This document shows, one piece after another, positions 9,947 through 22,164 of a stretch of DNA of 37,987 bases. This stretch comes from Chiloscyllium plagiosum (taxonomy: Eukaryota), in contig NC_057720.1 in the NCBI RefSeq assembly GCF_004010195.1, positions 5,368,177 through 5,406,163 on the forward strand. The letters are read 5' to 3'. A model generated the notes under the pieces. That model saw nothing but the letters and a program-made list of their open reading frames with translations. It did no database searches and was not told the origin of the DNA. A program made the position numbers and the translations under genes. Positions within the stretch are counted from its first letter, which is position 1; each line of letters begins with the position of its first letter.

Positions 9947-10180
9947 TTCACAATCACAAGGGAGTCCAATGCACCTTACAGCCAATGGCATGTTTCTTGG
10001 TAGTGTAAACACTGTTGTTGAGTAGGAAATATGAATGACCATTTACAAAAAGCAACCTCCCACAAACAATGTCACAAAGGAGCATATGATCTCTTTTCAG
10101 TAATGTTGATTGAAGGATAAATTTTTGTTAGGGCACTGCTAAATACTTTAAAAGGTGTTATGCTGCTTCCACCTGAAAGG
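9947..10180 (-). mobile_element. Decayed Deu-domain SINE (SacSINE1/AmnSINE1-like)
   Basis: TTACAGCCAATG...CACTGTTGTTGAGTAGGAAA...CCCACAAACA...GTTGATTGAAGGATAAAT resembles the recalled antisense Deu consensus; related copy at 11650-12180. Confidence 0.55.
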
Positions 10181-10199
10181 GTTGATGAAGTGAATTGTA

Positions 10200-11066
10200 G
10201 CATGGAGAAATCCAAATATCCATTCAGCCCCTTGCATCTGCTTTGCCAAATCTGAGTGGCCTCAACCCTACATTCCCGCCTTACCCCTCATAACCATTGA
10301 TACATTATAAGTCCATTAGTTGTCTACCTCTGCCTTGAAAGGATCAATGATTCAACTGGCACTGCTGTCTGGTGAGGAAAGTTTCAAAGATTCATACAAC
10401 ACACTGAGTGAAAACAAACATTGTCCTTAATTCCATCTAGATGGGAGACACCCTGACTTTTAAACTTTTCTTGTCTGTCCCACAATGGGAAACATGCTTT
10501 CAGCATCCACTCTGTCACATCCCCTCATGATCTAAGATAAGATCACCTCATTCTCCTGAACTCCAATGAGTACAGGCCCAACCAACCATCACAGATGGTA
10601 GAATTTGAATGCAATAAAAATCTGAAATTAACAGGCTAATGATGACCATGAGACCAAAAAAAATCAGAACAGGAGAAGGCCACTCAGATTCTCAAGCCTG
10701 CTCCACTGTTCAGTTGTTGGCTGATCCAACAATACTCACAACAAGACTCATAGCAACATGGCTGACTTTTAACTGCCCACTGGACAATTAGGGCTAGGAA
10801 ATAAATGCTGGCCTAGCCAGTGGCCCACATCCCATGAATGAATTTTTAAAAAATATCCTCATAAGACATCCTTCCTACTCAAGATCAACCTTGTGAACCT
10901 TCTGTGGATTGTCTCCAATCAGTATATCTTTCCTTAGATAAGGGGCCAAAGTCTGTTTGCAGTATTCCAGGTGTGGTCTGACTGGTGCTTTGCGTAGTTT
11001 AAGCCAGACAAAGTGGACAAGATCATATATGTCCAAGTTATACTCCATTTGCCAACTTTTGTCCAC
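10200..11066 (-). mobile_element. Old CR1 3' fragments with an internal insertion
   Basis: ORF 10875-11066 WQMEYN...VRPHLEYC...PYLRKDI. Confidence 0.7.
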
Positions 11067-11649
11067 TCATGTAACCTTGTGTATTGTTTTAATCAAATAT
11101 GGTCTGAAAGGCGTTATTTGGGTGCGAATTGGTATGAATTCGGTGAACTAGTAATCATTGGGGATGTGAGTTTAATGGAGTGTGGCTTACTGAAATTAAG
11201 CTTTCACTTAAAGTGTAGACTTGGAGTCTGTCCTAAAACATTCATGTTCAAGTGTATAACACCCAGATCGTTTTGTAGACTATCAACATCTCCTCACAAT
11301 GTACTCTCCTATTTATATTTGGTGGAAAGGCAATCTTGCAAAGATTGTGGCTGATATCCATTTCTAATCAACCCCAATAACTGAGTCTGCTTTTCAAAAT
11401 AGCACACTGAAATTGATTTTCTTTATATCATCTGCCATGACCAGCGGCAATTCTAAAAAAAATGCTCAGTGTGTACAGTCAGGATGAGGTTGTTTCAGCT
11501 TTGACTGCAAATGCTAAACCAGAGAAATTGGATGTGGTATCTGGTACAACTAACCAATTAAGGTCACATTGAAAGAAAGGCAAACTAGCTTTGCAACACC
11601 ACCCTCCCACTCCCCCACCCCAAGAATGCCGAAATATCAGTTAAATTTT

Positions 11650-12180
11650 TTGAAGTGTTGAAATGCAGGAAACGTAGCATCCAAAGCAAAGTTGCACAAA
11701 CAGTAATGCAATAATGACCGGTTCATATTTTACATAAAACAAAGAACTATTGATGCTGGAAATCGGAAACTAAAACAGAAATTGATGGAGAAACTCAGCA
11801 GGTCTGGCAACATGGTTTAGAGAGAAAAACAGAGTCCAATGACTCTTCTTCAGAAATTCCTCCTCTTAGAAGAAGGGTCAGTGGAATTGTAACATGAACT
11901 TTGCTTCTCTCTCCAATTATGCTGCCAGACTTGCTGAATATTTGACTTAAGTGATGTTGGTCAAAGGATAAATATTGGGAATGACAATCAAGCAGAAAAG
12001 CCATGCAAACAGCTGAGTAAACACGTTTATTATCATTAAGAGAGCAAGTGAAGCTTGGTTTTATTCTCACTCAGAGATACCTCTTAGATATGGTGGTACT
12101 CCTTCACTACTGCTCTGAAGAAGCAGCTTAGATCTCATGCCTGAGCCTCTGGCATGAGACTTGCACCCATAACGTTCTGA
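11650..12180 (-). mobile_element. Decayed Deu-domain SINE interrupted by a PLE-derived inverted insert
   Basis: CACAAACAGTAATGCAATAATGACC before the insert and AGTGATGTTGGTCAAAGGATAAATATTGG after it join into one contiguous element. Confidence 0.55.
11737..11943. mobile_element. Old PLE-derived head-to-head terminal-repeat insert
   Basis: Imperfect inverted arms (CTCAGCAGGTCTGGCA / TGCCAGACTTGCTGA) centred on decayed CTGAAGAAGAGTCA cores. Confidence 0.55.
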
Positions 12181-12189
12181 CACTTTTTC

Positions 12190-12740
12190 TCTTCTCCTTC
12201 TTAGGCTGGTCCCTTGGGACTGAGGATGACTTTGTCCCACTTCAGAGTTGTGGGCCTGGAGGTGTCTAAGCAACTCAATGATGGATCCTATTGCAAGTGG
12301 GACAGCTGGTGTTTGAAGAGATAGATGGATGGATGCTGAAATGGAGAGACAATTGTTCTGCAGATTGTACTTGGTCTCCTGTTGTAAAGGATTGAAATGG
12401 TTGATATTTTTGGATATGCTTGATCTTGAGTTGGAGATTTCCAAGAATCAGTGGGGATGTAGCATTTTTATGAAGGTAGTTATCGTGGTAAATGCTTGCC
12501 AAGGACTGGAGAGTTTGTTCTGAACGAGTTGTCAGACATGCAAAAGCATTGGCCTGCCCAACCCAACTGCTTGACGATAACCAATGCCTCAATATTGGGG
12601 ATGTTGGCCTGAGAAAGGACACTGAGCCGATGCTGCCTGTGGATTTGCAGGATTTTGCAGAGGCACCACTGGTGATATTTTTGTATGGATTTGAGATGCT
12701 GTTCACACCTGCAATGCTCACAGGAACCTGGTAATACAGT
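12190..12740 (-). mobile_element. RTE-clade LINE fragment
   Basis: ORF 12480-12809 HLKSIQKYHQWCLCKILQIH...VLSQANIPNIEALVIVKQLGWAGQ resembles the post-RT region of RTE elements. Confidence 0.7.
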
Positions 12741-12741
12741 C

Positions 12742-15415
12742 AGAACATAGAACGTTACAGCACAGTACAGGTTCTTCGGCCCTTGATGTTGTGCCGACCT
12801 GTGGAACAAATCTGAAGCCCATCTAACCTACACTATTCCATTTTTGTCCAAATGTGTATCCAATGACCACTTAAATGTCCTTAAAGTTGGCAAGTCTTGT
12901 ACTGTTGCAGACAGTGCGTTCCCAAGCCCCTACTACTCAATGAGTAAAGAAACCACCTCTGACATCTGTCCTATATCTATCACCCCTCAATTTAAAGTTA
13001 TGTCCCCTCATGCTAGCCATCACCATCCGAGGAAAAAGGCTCTCCCTGTCCACCTGATCTAACCCTCTGATTATCTTATGTGTCTCAATCAAGTCACCTC
13101 TCAACCTTCTCTCTAACGAAAACAACCTCAAGTCTCTCAGCCTTTCATCATAAGACCTTCCCTCCATAACAAGCAACATCTTGGTAAACCACCTCTGAAC
13201 CCTTTCCAATGCTTCCATATCCTTCCTATAATGAGGCAACCAGAACTGTACACAATACTCCAAATGCAGCTGCACCAGAGTTTGTACAGCTGCAGCATGA
13301 TCTCATGGCTCCAAAACTCAATCCCTCTACCAATAAAAGCTAACACACCGTATGCCTTCTTAACAACCCTATCAACCTGGGTGGCAACTTTCAAGGATTT
13401 ATGTGCCTAGACACCGAGGTCTCTCTGCTCATCCTCACTACCAAGAATCTTACCATTAGCCCAGTACTCTGCATTCCTTTTACTCCTTTCAATGTGAATC
13501 ACCTCACACGTTTCCACATTAAACTCGATTTGCCCCTCTCAGCCCAGCTCTGCAGCTCTGTCTCTCTGTAATCTACAACATCCTTCGTCACGATTCACAA
13601 CTCTACCTACCTTAGCATCGTCCGCAAAATTACTAACCCATCCTTCTATGGCCTCATCCAAATCATTTATAAAAATGACAAACAATAGTGGACCCAAAAC
13701 AGATCCTTGCAGTACCCCACTAGTAGCTGAAGTCCAGGATGAATATTTCCCATCAATCACCACTCTCTCTGTCTTTCAGCTAGCCAATCTCTGACCCAAA
13801 TCACTAAATCACCCTCAATCCCATGTCTCCGTATTTTGTACGATAGCCTACCGTGGAGAATCTTATCAAACACTTTACTGAAATCCATATACACCACAAC
13901 TGCTTGACCCTCACCCACCTGTTTGGTCACGTTCTCAAATAACTCAATAAGGTTTGTGAGGCACGACCTACCCTTCTCAAAACTGTGTTGACTAAACTTA
14001 TTCATTTCGAGATGATTATAAATCCTATCTCTTATAACCCTTTCCAACACTTTACCATCAACCAAAGTAAGGCTCACAGGTCTATAATTTCCAGGTTTGT
14101 CTCTACTCCCCTTCTTGAACATGGGGATAATATTTGCTCTCCCCCAATCTTCTGGCACAATTTCTGTAGACAATGACAACATAAAGATCAAATCCAAAGG
14201 CTCTGCAATCTCCTCCCTGGCTTCCCATCGAATCCTAGGATAAATCCTATCAGGCCCAGGGGACTTACCTATTTTCACACTTTCCAGAATTGCTAACACC
14301 TCCTCCTTGTGAACCTCAATTCCATCTAGTCTAGTAGCCTGTATTTCAGTATTGTCCTTGACCGTATTGTCTTTTTCTAATGTGAATACTGATGGAAAGT
14401 ATTCATTTACTGCTTCCCCATCTCCTCTGACTCCACGCACAACTTCCCACTACTATCCTTGATTGACATTAATCTTACTCTAGTCATTCTTTTATTCCTG
14501 ATATACCTGCAGAAAGCCTTAGGGTTTTCCTTGATCCTTTCCATCAATGTCTTTTCATGTCCCCTCCTGGCTCTTCTTAGCTCTCTGTTTAGGTCTTTTC
14601 TGACTAACTTGTAACTCTCAAGCGCCCTGAGCCATCGCGTCTCATCCTAACACAAGAAGCCTTCTTCCTCTTGACAAGAGATTCAACTTCCTCACTCACT
14701 CACTCCCTCACTCGACAACTTCCTCCCTGCCCGACAGGTACATACTTATCAAGGACACACAATAGCTGGTCCTTGAATAAGTTCCACATTTAAATTGTAC
14801 CCATCCTTTGCAGTTTCCTTCCCCATCCTATGCATCCAAAACTTGCTTAATCACATTGTAATTGCCTTTCCCCCAACTATAATTCTTGCCCTGCGATATA
14901 TACCTATCTCTTTCCATTGCTAAAGTAAATATAACTGAATTGTTGTCACTATCACCGAAGTGCTCACCTACCTCCAAATCTAACATCTGGTCGGGTTCAT
15001 TACCCAGTACCAAATCTAATGTGACCTTGCCCCTTGTTGCCCTGTTTACATCCTGTGTTAGGAGACCTTCCTGCACACATTGGACAAAGACTGACCCATC
15101 TAAAGTACTTGAATTATAGTATTCCCAGTCAATATTTGGAAAGTTGAAGTGTCCATAACAACTATCCTGTTACTCTCGCTCCTATCGAGGATCATCTTTG
15201 CTATCCTTTCCTCTACATCTCCGGAACTAATTGGAGGCCTGTAGAAAACTCCCAACAGGGTAACCTCTCCTTTCCTGTTTCTAATCTCAGCCCAAACTAC
15301 CTCAGTAAACAAGTCCTCATCAAATGTCCTTTCTGCAACCATAATACTGTCCTTGATTAACAGTGCCATACCACCCCCTCTTTTACCATTTTCTCAGTTC
15401 TTACTGAAACATCCC
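12742..15415 (-). mobile_element. CR1/HER1 LINE ORF2 relic (~2.7 kb; APE endonuclease remnant, RT, C-terminus, 3' tail), frameshifted
   Basis: Collinear ORF pieces: LLGVFYRPP; LDLVLGNEP...HFGDSDNN; KSPGPDRIYPR...PGNYRPVSLT...SCLTNL...YMDFSKVFDK; SGVLQGSVLGPLLFVIFINDLD...FADDAK; HLEYCVQFW; ends in a TTCTATGTTCT tail. Confidence 0.95.
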
Positions 15416-15477
15416 TGCACTGCCTGCCGGTTCCCTTTCCGTCCCCTGACGGTACCCCATCTACCTTCTTCTTTCCC

Positions 15478-15570
15478 TGTGATCTATGAATTTGATGTCA
15501 GCTTTGAGATCTTTGTCATCAAATCAGATGGCCAAAGAATATGATAGCACTCTGGAGGCGATATTGAGTA
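15478..15570 (-). mobile_element. Upstream continuation of the RTE fragment split by the CR1 insertion
   Basis: Minus-strand translation FDDKDLKADIKFIDHR resembles the RTE segment that precedes the 12480-12740 piece. Confidence 0.45.
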
Positions 15571-15589
15571 TCATCGTCCAGAAAGCCAT

Positions 15590-16080
15590 AAGACATAAGA
15601 GCAGAGGTCGGCTATTCAGCCCATTGAGTCTACTCTGCCATTCTGTGAGATCATGGTGACCTTATAATCCTCAACTCCACTCTCCTGCCTTGTCCCCATA
15701 ACCTTTGACTTGTTTAAAAAATCTCTCCGTCTCAGCTTTGTCTATCCTGATTAACCAGCCTTTTAAGCCTTCTACTGCAGAATTCCTAGATTCACTACTC
15801 TCTGAGAGAGAAAAAAAATCCTAATCTCTGTTCCTAATTCCTAATGTCTGTCCAAACTGGACAAACCAACACACTGAGATTATGTCCTCTGATCCTATAC
15901 TCTCCCACAAAGGGAAGTAACCTTTCTGCATCAATTTTAAGAATACACCTAAGAATCTTCTATGTTTCAATCAGGATGCCTCTTTTTTTTTAAAACTTCA
16001 GTGGGTACAGGCCTAACCAATTCAACCTTTCCCATAACGCAGTTCCTCAGTACCCAGAATCAGTTTAGTCTAGTAAACCG
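15590..16080 (-). mobile_element. Old CR1 3' fragment (probably continues at ~16660-17057)
   Basis: Begins with the antisense tail CATAAGACATAAGAGCAGAGGTCGGCTATTCAGCCC; similar to 10200-10580 and 18600-18985. Confidence 0.65.
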
Positions 16081-16084
16081 TACA

Positions 16085-16645
16085 TCAAGGATATATCAGA
16101 ATTAACTGCTCAGACCCCTGGGAATCTTAGAGGCTCACAAACTAGTAAACACCTTTCACTAGCTACTCACAACGGTTAAAGACCTGACACCCACATCTTA
16201 ACAGGATGAACGTTATCTGCAAGCTATCCTGCAAGGACTGTGAACACACTATATAGGACAAACAGGAAGAAAACTGACCACACGAGTGCATGCCACTGCC
16301 AGACATGACCAACACTCTCTCATTTCCACCCACACAAACAATGAAGACCACAAATTCAACTGGGACAATGTAACCATCCTAGCACAGGCAAAACAGAGAC
16401 ATGTGAGAGAATTTATTGAAGCCTGGCACTCCAACTGGAACTCAATCAATGAACACATTGAACTGGACCCCATATACAAACCGCTCAGATACCGAACCAG
16501 AAGTATCAGAAAACAGAGAAACATAAATATCAGGTGGGACAGACCACCAGAGCTTCACTGGAGGCGCACTGATGATGTCACCTAGCGAACTGACAAAACG
16601 TCTGCAGCAAACCACACCAGCTTGGTGAACAAATCTACAACCTCA
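16085..16645 (+). mobile_element. Penelope-like element 3' fragment (GIY-YIG endonuclease and hammerhead remnant)
   Basis: NVICKLSCKDCEHYYIGQTGRKLTTRVH...HKFNWDNVTILAQAKQRHVREFIEAWHS; GCA-CTGATGA-T-GTCA...TGAC-AAAA-CGTC-TGC at 16566-16605. Confidence 0.85.
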
Positions 16646-17250
16646 CCCACAACACAAGCTAGACATCCTTTCAAAACTTTGAACCTTCTCAGTCGTGTAT
16701 ATCCATCTGCCAGGATATCTTTCCTTAACTAAGGGGCCAAAACCGTATAAACTAGAGAAGAAACATCCATGAAGGTACCAATAATTTTGAACATTTACAA
16801 AGGGCCCGGTGTAGGCCAAGTGCAAACTGCAGAACATTCGTGCAAAACCTTGAGTATCCCATCCATCTCTTCAAACACCACCTGCCATACTTGTGGCAGG
16901 GTGTTCATTATGTTCCAACTGTGGTCTGACTTGTATTCTTTTACCAAAAGCTCCCTACATGAAGACTAGGTTCCCTTTGAAATACAGGTCAGGACTCCAT
17001 TTCCTTTCCATGACTGCTGAACCTGTATACTAGATTTTTGTGAGTCCTGCATGAGGATGATACCTGCTGTTACTGAAAAGGAGGATTCCAAGGTATGAGA
17101 AATGATCCTCCTTATCCAGTGGTTCACTATGAATCTTGGTAGTGTAAATATATGCCTTAGTACGAAGCATTCAGAAGCATTTAAATGATATATTTGTTTC
17201 AGTTACTTATAATACAATGCTATGCTTAACCATTAACGAACACAGTGGGT

Positions 17251-17873
17251 TGTGTAACCCTTGTGGGGACGAACAGACAGTGGAAAAGTACTGAGTACAT
17301 CTGACTTGTAAAGATACGCTGATGTAACCACACAATAGGAATGACTTTTAACAAAGAGCAGTGTGTATTGGCGGCCATGGTGGCGGTTGGGAGAGCGAGG
17401 CAGACAGCGGGGGGTGTTGCCGCCCTGTGAGTGCAGATGCAGGACATGTTGTAATCTGTGGTGTTAAAAAAAACAAGAACTATTTCGCGCCACCACCTGC
17501 AAAAGAAGGTCACATAGAGTCAGATATCCGGGAACGCGAGAAGGCGGAGAATGGAGTCAGGTCACCAGCCAATCAGAAGACAACCACACCTCAATGCTTG
17601 CACAATGTTCTGTGATTACATGACGTTTTGTACTGTATAAAAGACTGGGTCAGGTGCAGGATAGGGGTCGGACTTCGTGAACTGACACACTTTGCTGTTT
17701 GTCAGGGATGGGAAGATCTAGACCCAGAGCTCTATATACTTTATCCACTCACTGCTAAAATAAAGTAAGAATTTGAGACCGAATATCTTCTCCTATTGCT
17801 TCATTAAAAGAACACGCAGGATTCGGCTCACACATAAGGGAAAGTAAGCTGGTAGATTGAGCTAGAGTCCAAC
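17251..17873 (+). mobile_element. Putative solo LTR with promoter and polyA signals
   Basis: CCAAT 17569-17573, TATAAAA 17636-17642 and AATAAA 17759-17764 in U3-R-U5 order; locally CpG-richer. Termini and TSD not established. Confidence 0.5.
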
Positions 17874-18599
17874 AGTAGTTGAGGGGTGGAAGGGAAGTAT
17901 TTAGCTCTCTCCTGCTACTATGGGTCATTGATGGTTTGGAGCTTGTCCCCTCAGTGTGTGCACCTGCAAACATCACCTACATACTGCCCATGCAACAACA
18001 TAACAATTGAACCACGGCAGACATCTGCAGTCTAAAAATACAGCAATATTGTAACAGTAACAGTAAAAATCCTAGCCAACCTCATTACCTCATTAATCGT
18101 CAGCCTGCAATCTGACAGTAGTGTAGACTGGGCACTGTAAAAATCACCACAGGTTCAGCTGTAGGTTTGTGTTTAAATGCATTTTGGTGACCAGGAGCAG
18201 TCTCTTTCTGGATTCTCAAAAAGATCACTTTCTCTTTTTCTGTTCTCAGTTATTTTTGGGTATAGGCTGAACAAGATTTTCCATTTAAAGAATTTATTCC
18301 TGTTTCAATGTGCTTATCATGGTCCAAAGTAGCCTTAATTGTCACATCAAATCAGGTTTCATTTCATTCTTCCAGACACCTCTTTTGTTTCTTTACTTAT
18401 CTCTTTGACTTTCGATCATCAACCTTTTCTTTTGCCATTTAACATCTCCCATCCTTCATCCTATCACGGACTCAACATTCCTTATTTGTTCTTATTCCCA
18501 CTCTTTCCACTCTTACATCCCATGTCATCCCCCCAAAACCACTATTCATTTGCTCCAAAACCTTACAGTCCCATCGTGTTCCAGTTTTGATGAAAGTAA

Positions 18600-18985
18600 T
18601 ATAGAAGCAGGAGCATGAGTAGGCCATTCAGCCCTTTCAGCATGCTCCACCATTCAATATGATTCTGGCTGATCATCCAACTCAGTTACCTTTTCCCACT
18701 TCAGCCCTTTGACCTCATTAGTCCTAAGAACATTCAACCCTTTTCCATGGCAGAGAATTCCACAGACTTACCATTCTGTGGGTGAAGAAATTTCTCCTCA
18801 TCTCAATTCTAAATGACCTACACCATGACCCCCTGGTTCTGGACTCCCCGATCATCAAGAACATCCATCCTGTGTATACTCTGTCTCGTCCTACTCAAAT
18901 CTTTTAGGTTTCTATGAAATTCCTCTTCCCCTTGAACCTTCTGAAGTCCAGTGAGTGTAGTCCTAACTGAAACAGGCTCTCTTCA
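18600..18985 (-). mobile_element. Old CR1 3' fragment
   Basis: Antisense tail (GAGTAGGCCATTCAGCCC) and AGAATTCCACAGACTTACCATTCTGTGGGTGAAGAAATT (antisense of FFTxRxVxLWN). Confidence 0.7.
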
Positions 18986-19786
18986 CAATCTATCTGTGGA
19001 TAGATTGAGTACAGTCTGTCCTCTGCCTATTACAGACGACTGAGGGAACATTGTGTTTTAGGTAATCCACCAATCACTGAAAAGTCTGGCATATGTACTT
19101 CATGCTGTGGGTCAAACTTGTTCTACTACTACACAATTGAGCAGCATCATGTATCAATTTCTGTGCCTGTGCTATATCATGCTCTCAGACAATGCATTCC
19201 AGATCCTAACCACTCATTCCATTGCTGGGGAAAGGTTTGAATCTGTCTTTTTGATCTCTCTAAATTGTCATGTATGTAGTTTGTTTTGTTTTCTATTTTG
19301 TAATAACCCTGTACTCTTTTATTAAAAGGACATTGGTAGCCTCATGTGAATAAGTGAGCAACCAAATTACAAAAATATAACTTATGATCTATCATGCCAG
19401 GTTTCACTCTGACTTCCGATTTATCCAAAATTACCCTCGAGCTGGGATTGTAACACTGTCTACAGTGTGTAAACCCCACCATGATTATGAACACTCTATG
19501 TATCTCCTTTTGATTTATTCTCTATGGTGAATAACATCTATTTCTCCAATCTACCCATGTAGCTGAAATCTCTCAGTCCTGGAACCATTTGTATAAATGT
19601 ATCTCATGCCATTACAAATTTCTAAAGTGAGGTGTCCAGAATTGGCTGCAGTGCCTTGATTGAGACCAAACCATAGCATCCTCACTATTATACTTTTTAC
19701 CTCTATTTACAACACCCAAGGACACAAATTCATTGCTAACTATTTTTCAACCTGTCACATTAAATGATTTGGGAACTGTTATGACA

Positions 19787-20530
19787 TAAGTAAGAGTAAC
19801 AAAAAGATAGGGTACTGGGCTAATGGTCGGATACTTGGTAGTGTGGATGAGCAGAGGGATCTTGGTGTCCATGTACACAGATCTTTGAAAGTTGCCAGGT
19901 AAATAGTGCGGTGAGGAAGGCATATGGCGTACTGGCTTTTATTGGTAGAGGAATTGAGTTCCGGAGTACTGAGGTTATGTTGCAGTTGTATAAGACTCTG
20001 GTGCGGCCGCATCTGGAGTATTGTGTGCAGTTTTGGTCGCCATACTATAGGAAGGATGTGGAGGCATTGAATCAGGTGCAGAGGCGGTTTACCAGGATGT
20101 TGCCTGGTATGGTAGAAAGATCGTATGAGGAAAGGCTGAGGCACTTGGGGTTGTTTTCATTGGAGAAAAGAAGGTTTAGTTGTGATTTGATAGAGGTGTA
20201 CAAGATGATTAGGGGTTTAGATAGGGTCGACAGTGAGAATCTTTTTCCACGTATGGAGTCAGCTATTACAAGGGGGCATAGCTTTAAATTAAGGGGGGGT
20301 AGGTATAGGACAGATGTTAGGGGTAGGTTCTTTACTCAGCGAGTCGTGAGTTCGTGGAATGCCCTGCCAGTAGCAGTGGTGGACTCTCCCTCATTATGGG
20401 CATTTAAGCGGGCATTGGATAGGCATATGGAGGATAGTGGGCTAGTGTAGGTTAGGTGGGCTTGGATTGGCGCAACATCGAGGGCCGAAGGGCCTGTACT
20501 GCGCTGTATTCTTCTATGTTCTATGTTCTA
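19787..20530 (+). mobile_element. Young 5'-truncated CR1 LINE
   Basis: Uninterrupted 179-aa ORF 19911-20450 (LYKTLVRPHLEYCVQFWSP...FFTQRVVSSWNALP); CpGs retained; (TTCTATG)n tail. Confidence 0.93.
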
Positions 20531-21856
20531 TATATAAAAACAGACAGCGATATCAAATCAGCTTCCCTATTCCCATATTCACAATATTGTAAAATGAAAA
20601 CTTTCAATGATACTCAAAAGTGACCCCATGGTTCCTTAAACGGACTTTCTGAATAACTAATACCAGACATCAGGTTTGTAGCTTAAACAAAATATTTAAC
20701 AATTTATTAATAGTACAGTAGCTTTAACAGAGCAAAGTTAAGCCACAAGGTAACCTAGTTAATGTCTGTGATTTGTACTCAGTTTTCTTTGATTGGAGCT
20801 CCCATTCACACAATGACAAACAAACAGGTATAGTTTAGGGATAAATCAATTGAGATACAGCAGGCTGCTTCACCAAAACAAAATCCACAATCCGTAGCAT
20901 CTCATGCATGTGGGCTTGTTCCTTGCTTGGTTTCTGAAGATACCTACACATGCAACTGGCTTCCTGTAGACTCAAAGAATATTCACCTCATACATGTAAC
21001 TTAGGTTCTATTCTTCAAACTTTCACTTAGATGATAATGAGAGAATAACCAGAAAGCAATCAAACCTCCATCCTGTAGCTTTCACAGGGACAATCCATCT
21101 GATTTGACACAGTTGAAAAACCAGTTGAAACTTTGGTTTCTTTGTGTTAGACTTGGTATCTTCCTGTGAAGCCCCTACTCACATTAAACTGTCTGCCAGC
21201 TCTTTCACATAAAGCATCCCTGGTAGTGAAACATCTATAGGGTTCTTTGAACAAGAATCAATCTGCAATTATCTTCCAGGCTTAGCCTGGAAACAAATAT
21301 CTCGATATTTGCTTATTTTCTTAAAACAGTCCAAAGGTCACTTCCAGCTCTCAGCTCAGAGTTCACAGCTCAAACCAAAAATGATAAAAGTAAATATAAA
21401 ATCATGAAAAATCAGCAAATGATCTAATAGGACATAGACCTCAGGTGTCTCTATTTGTGTGCATCCTTTAGAATTGTACCCTTTACTTTATATTTCCTTT
21501 CCTACTTTATCCTGGAAAAACTTATCATTTCATACTTCACTGCACCGTATTTAATGTGTCACCTGTCTGCCCATTCCACTCGCCCGGCTCTGTCTCCATG
21601 AGGTCTGTCAATGTCTTTCTTACAATTCACAACGCTTCCAGTTATGTATGATCTACACATTTTACAATTGTGCCTTGTACACCAATGTCAAGGATCTTAA
21701 TATCGATCAAGAAAACCAGAGACCCTGGTCCTGATCTTGGGGAAACCCTCTATATAACTTCTTCCTGTCCACAAAACAGCCACTCATCACTGCTCTCCAT
21801 TTCCTGTCACTTAACCAACTTTGTATCCATGCTGATATTGTCCCTTTTTTCCCATG

Positions 21857-22076
21857 CTGAAAATGTGTTGCTGGAAAAGCGCAGCAGGTCAGGCAGCATC
21901 CAAGGAGCAGGAGAATCGACGTTTCGGGCATAAGCCCTTCTTCAGGAAGATTCCTGAAGAAGGGCTTATGCCCGAAACGTCGATTCTCCTGTTCCTTGGA
22001 TGCTGCCTGACCTGCTGCGCTTTTCCAGCAACACATTTTCAGCTCTGATCTCCAGCATCTGCAGTCCTCGCTTTCT
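21857..22076. mobile_element. Young palindromic PLE-derived insert with two opposed hammerhead cores
   Basis: 93-bp arms 21856-21948 / 21951-22043 with 1 mismatch; 14-bp TSD CCTTTTTTCCCATG at 21843-21856 and 22077-22090. Confidence 0.9.
21950..21985 (+). ncRNA. Minimal hammerhead ribozyme motif (mirror copy on minus strand ~21914-21948)
   Basis: ATTC-CTGAAGA-A-GGGC-TTAT-GCCC-GAAA-CGTC-GATT. Core and stem II intact; stem I short and imperfect. Confidence 0.65.
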
Positions 22077-22164
22077 CCTTTTTTCCCATGGACTTTTATC
22101 TTTGCAGGCAAGCCTTTAGTGTACCACTTTATCAAATGTTTTTTGATAGTCGATTTCTGCCACA

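Larger units (their letters stand above)
21440..22160 (-). mobile_element. Old CR1 RT fragment interrupted by the palindromic insert
   Basis: KGLPAKIKVHG|KKGTISAWIQSWLSDRKWRAVMSG...RGFPQ is contiguous once 21857-22090 is removed. Confidence 0.7.

Noticed and set aside
19266..19455. Possible short solo LTR (TGTCATG...TGTAACA)
   Set aside because: No TSD or PBS visible; evidence too thin.
20610..21440. Possible antisense LTR or host exon
   Set aside because: No recognisable termini, ORF or splice pattern; left unassigned.
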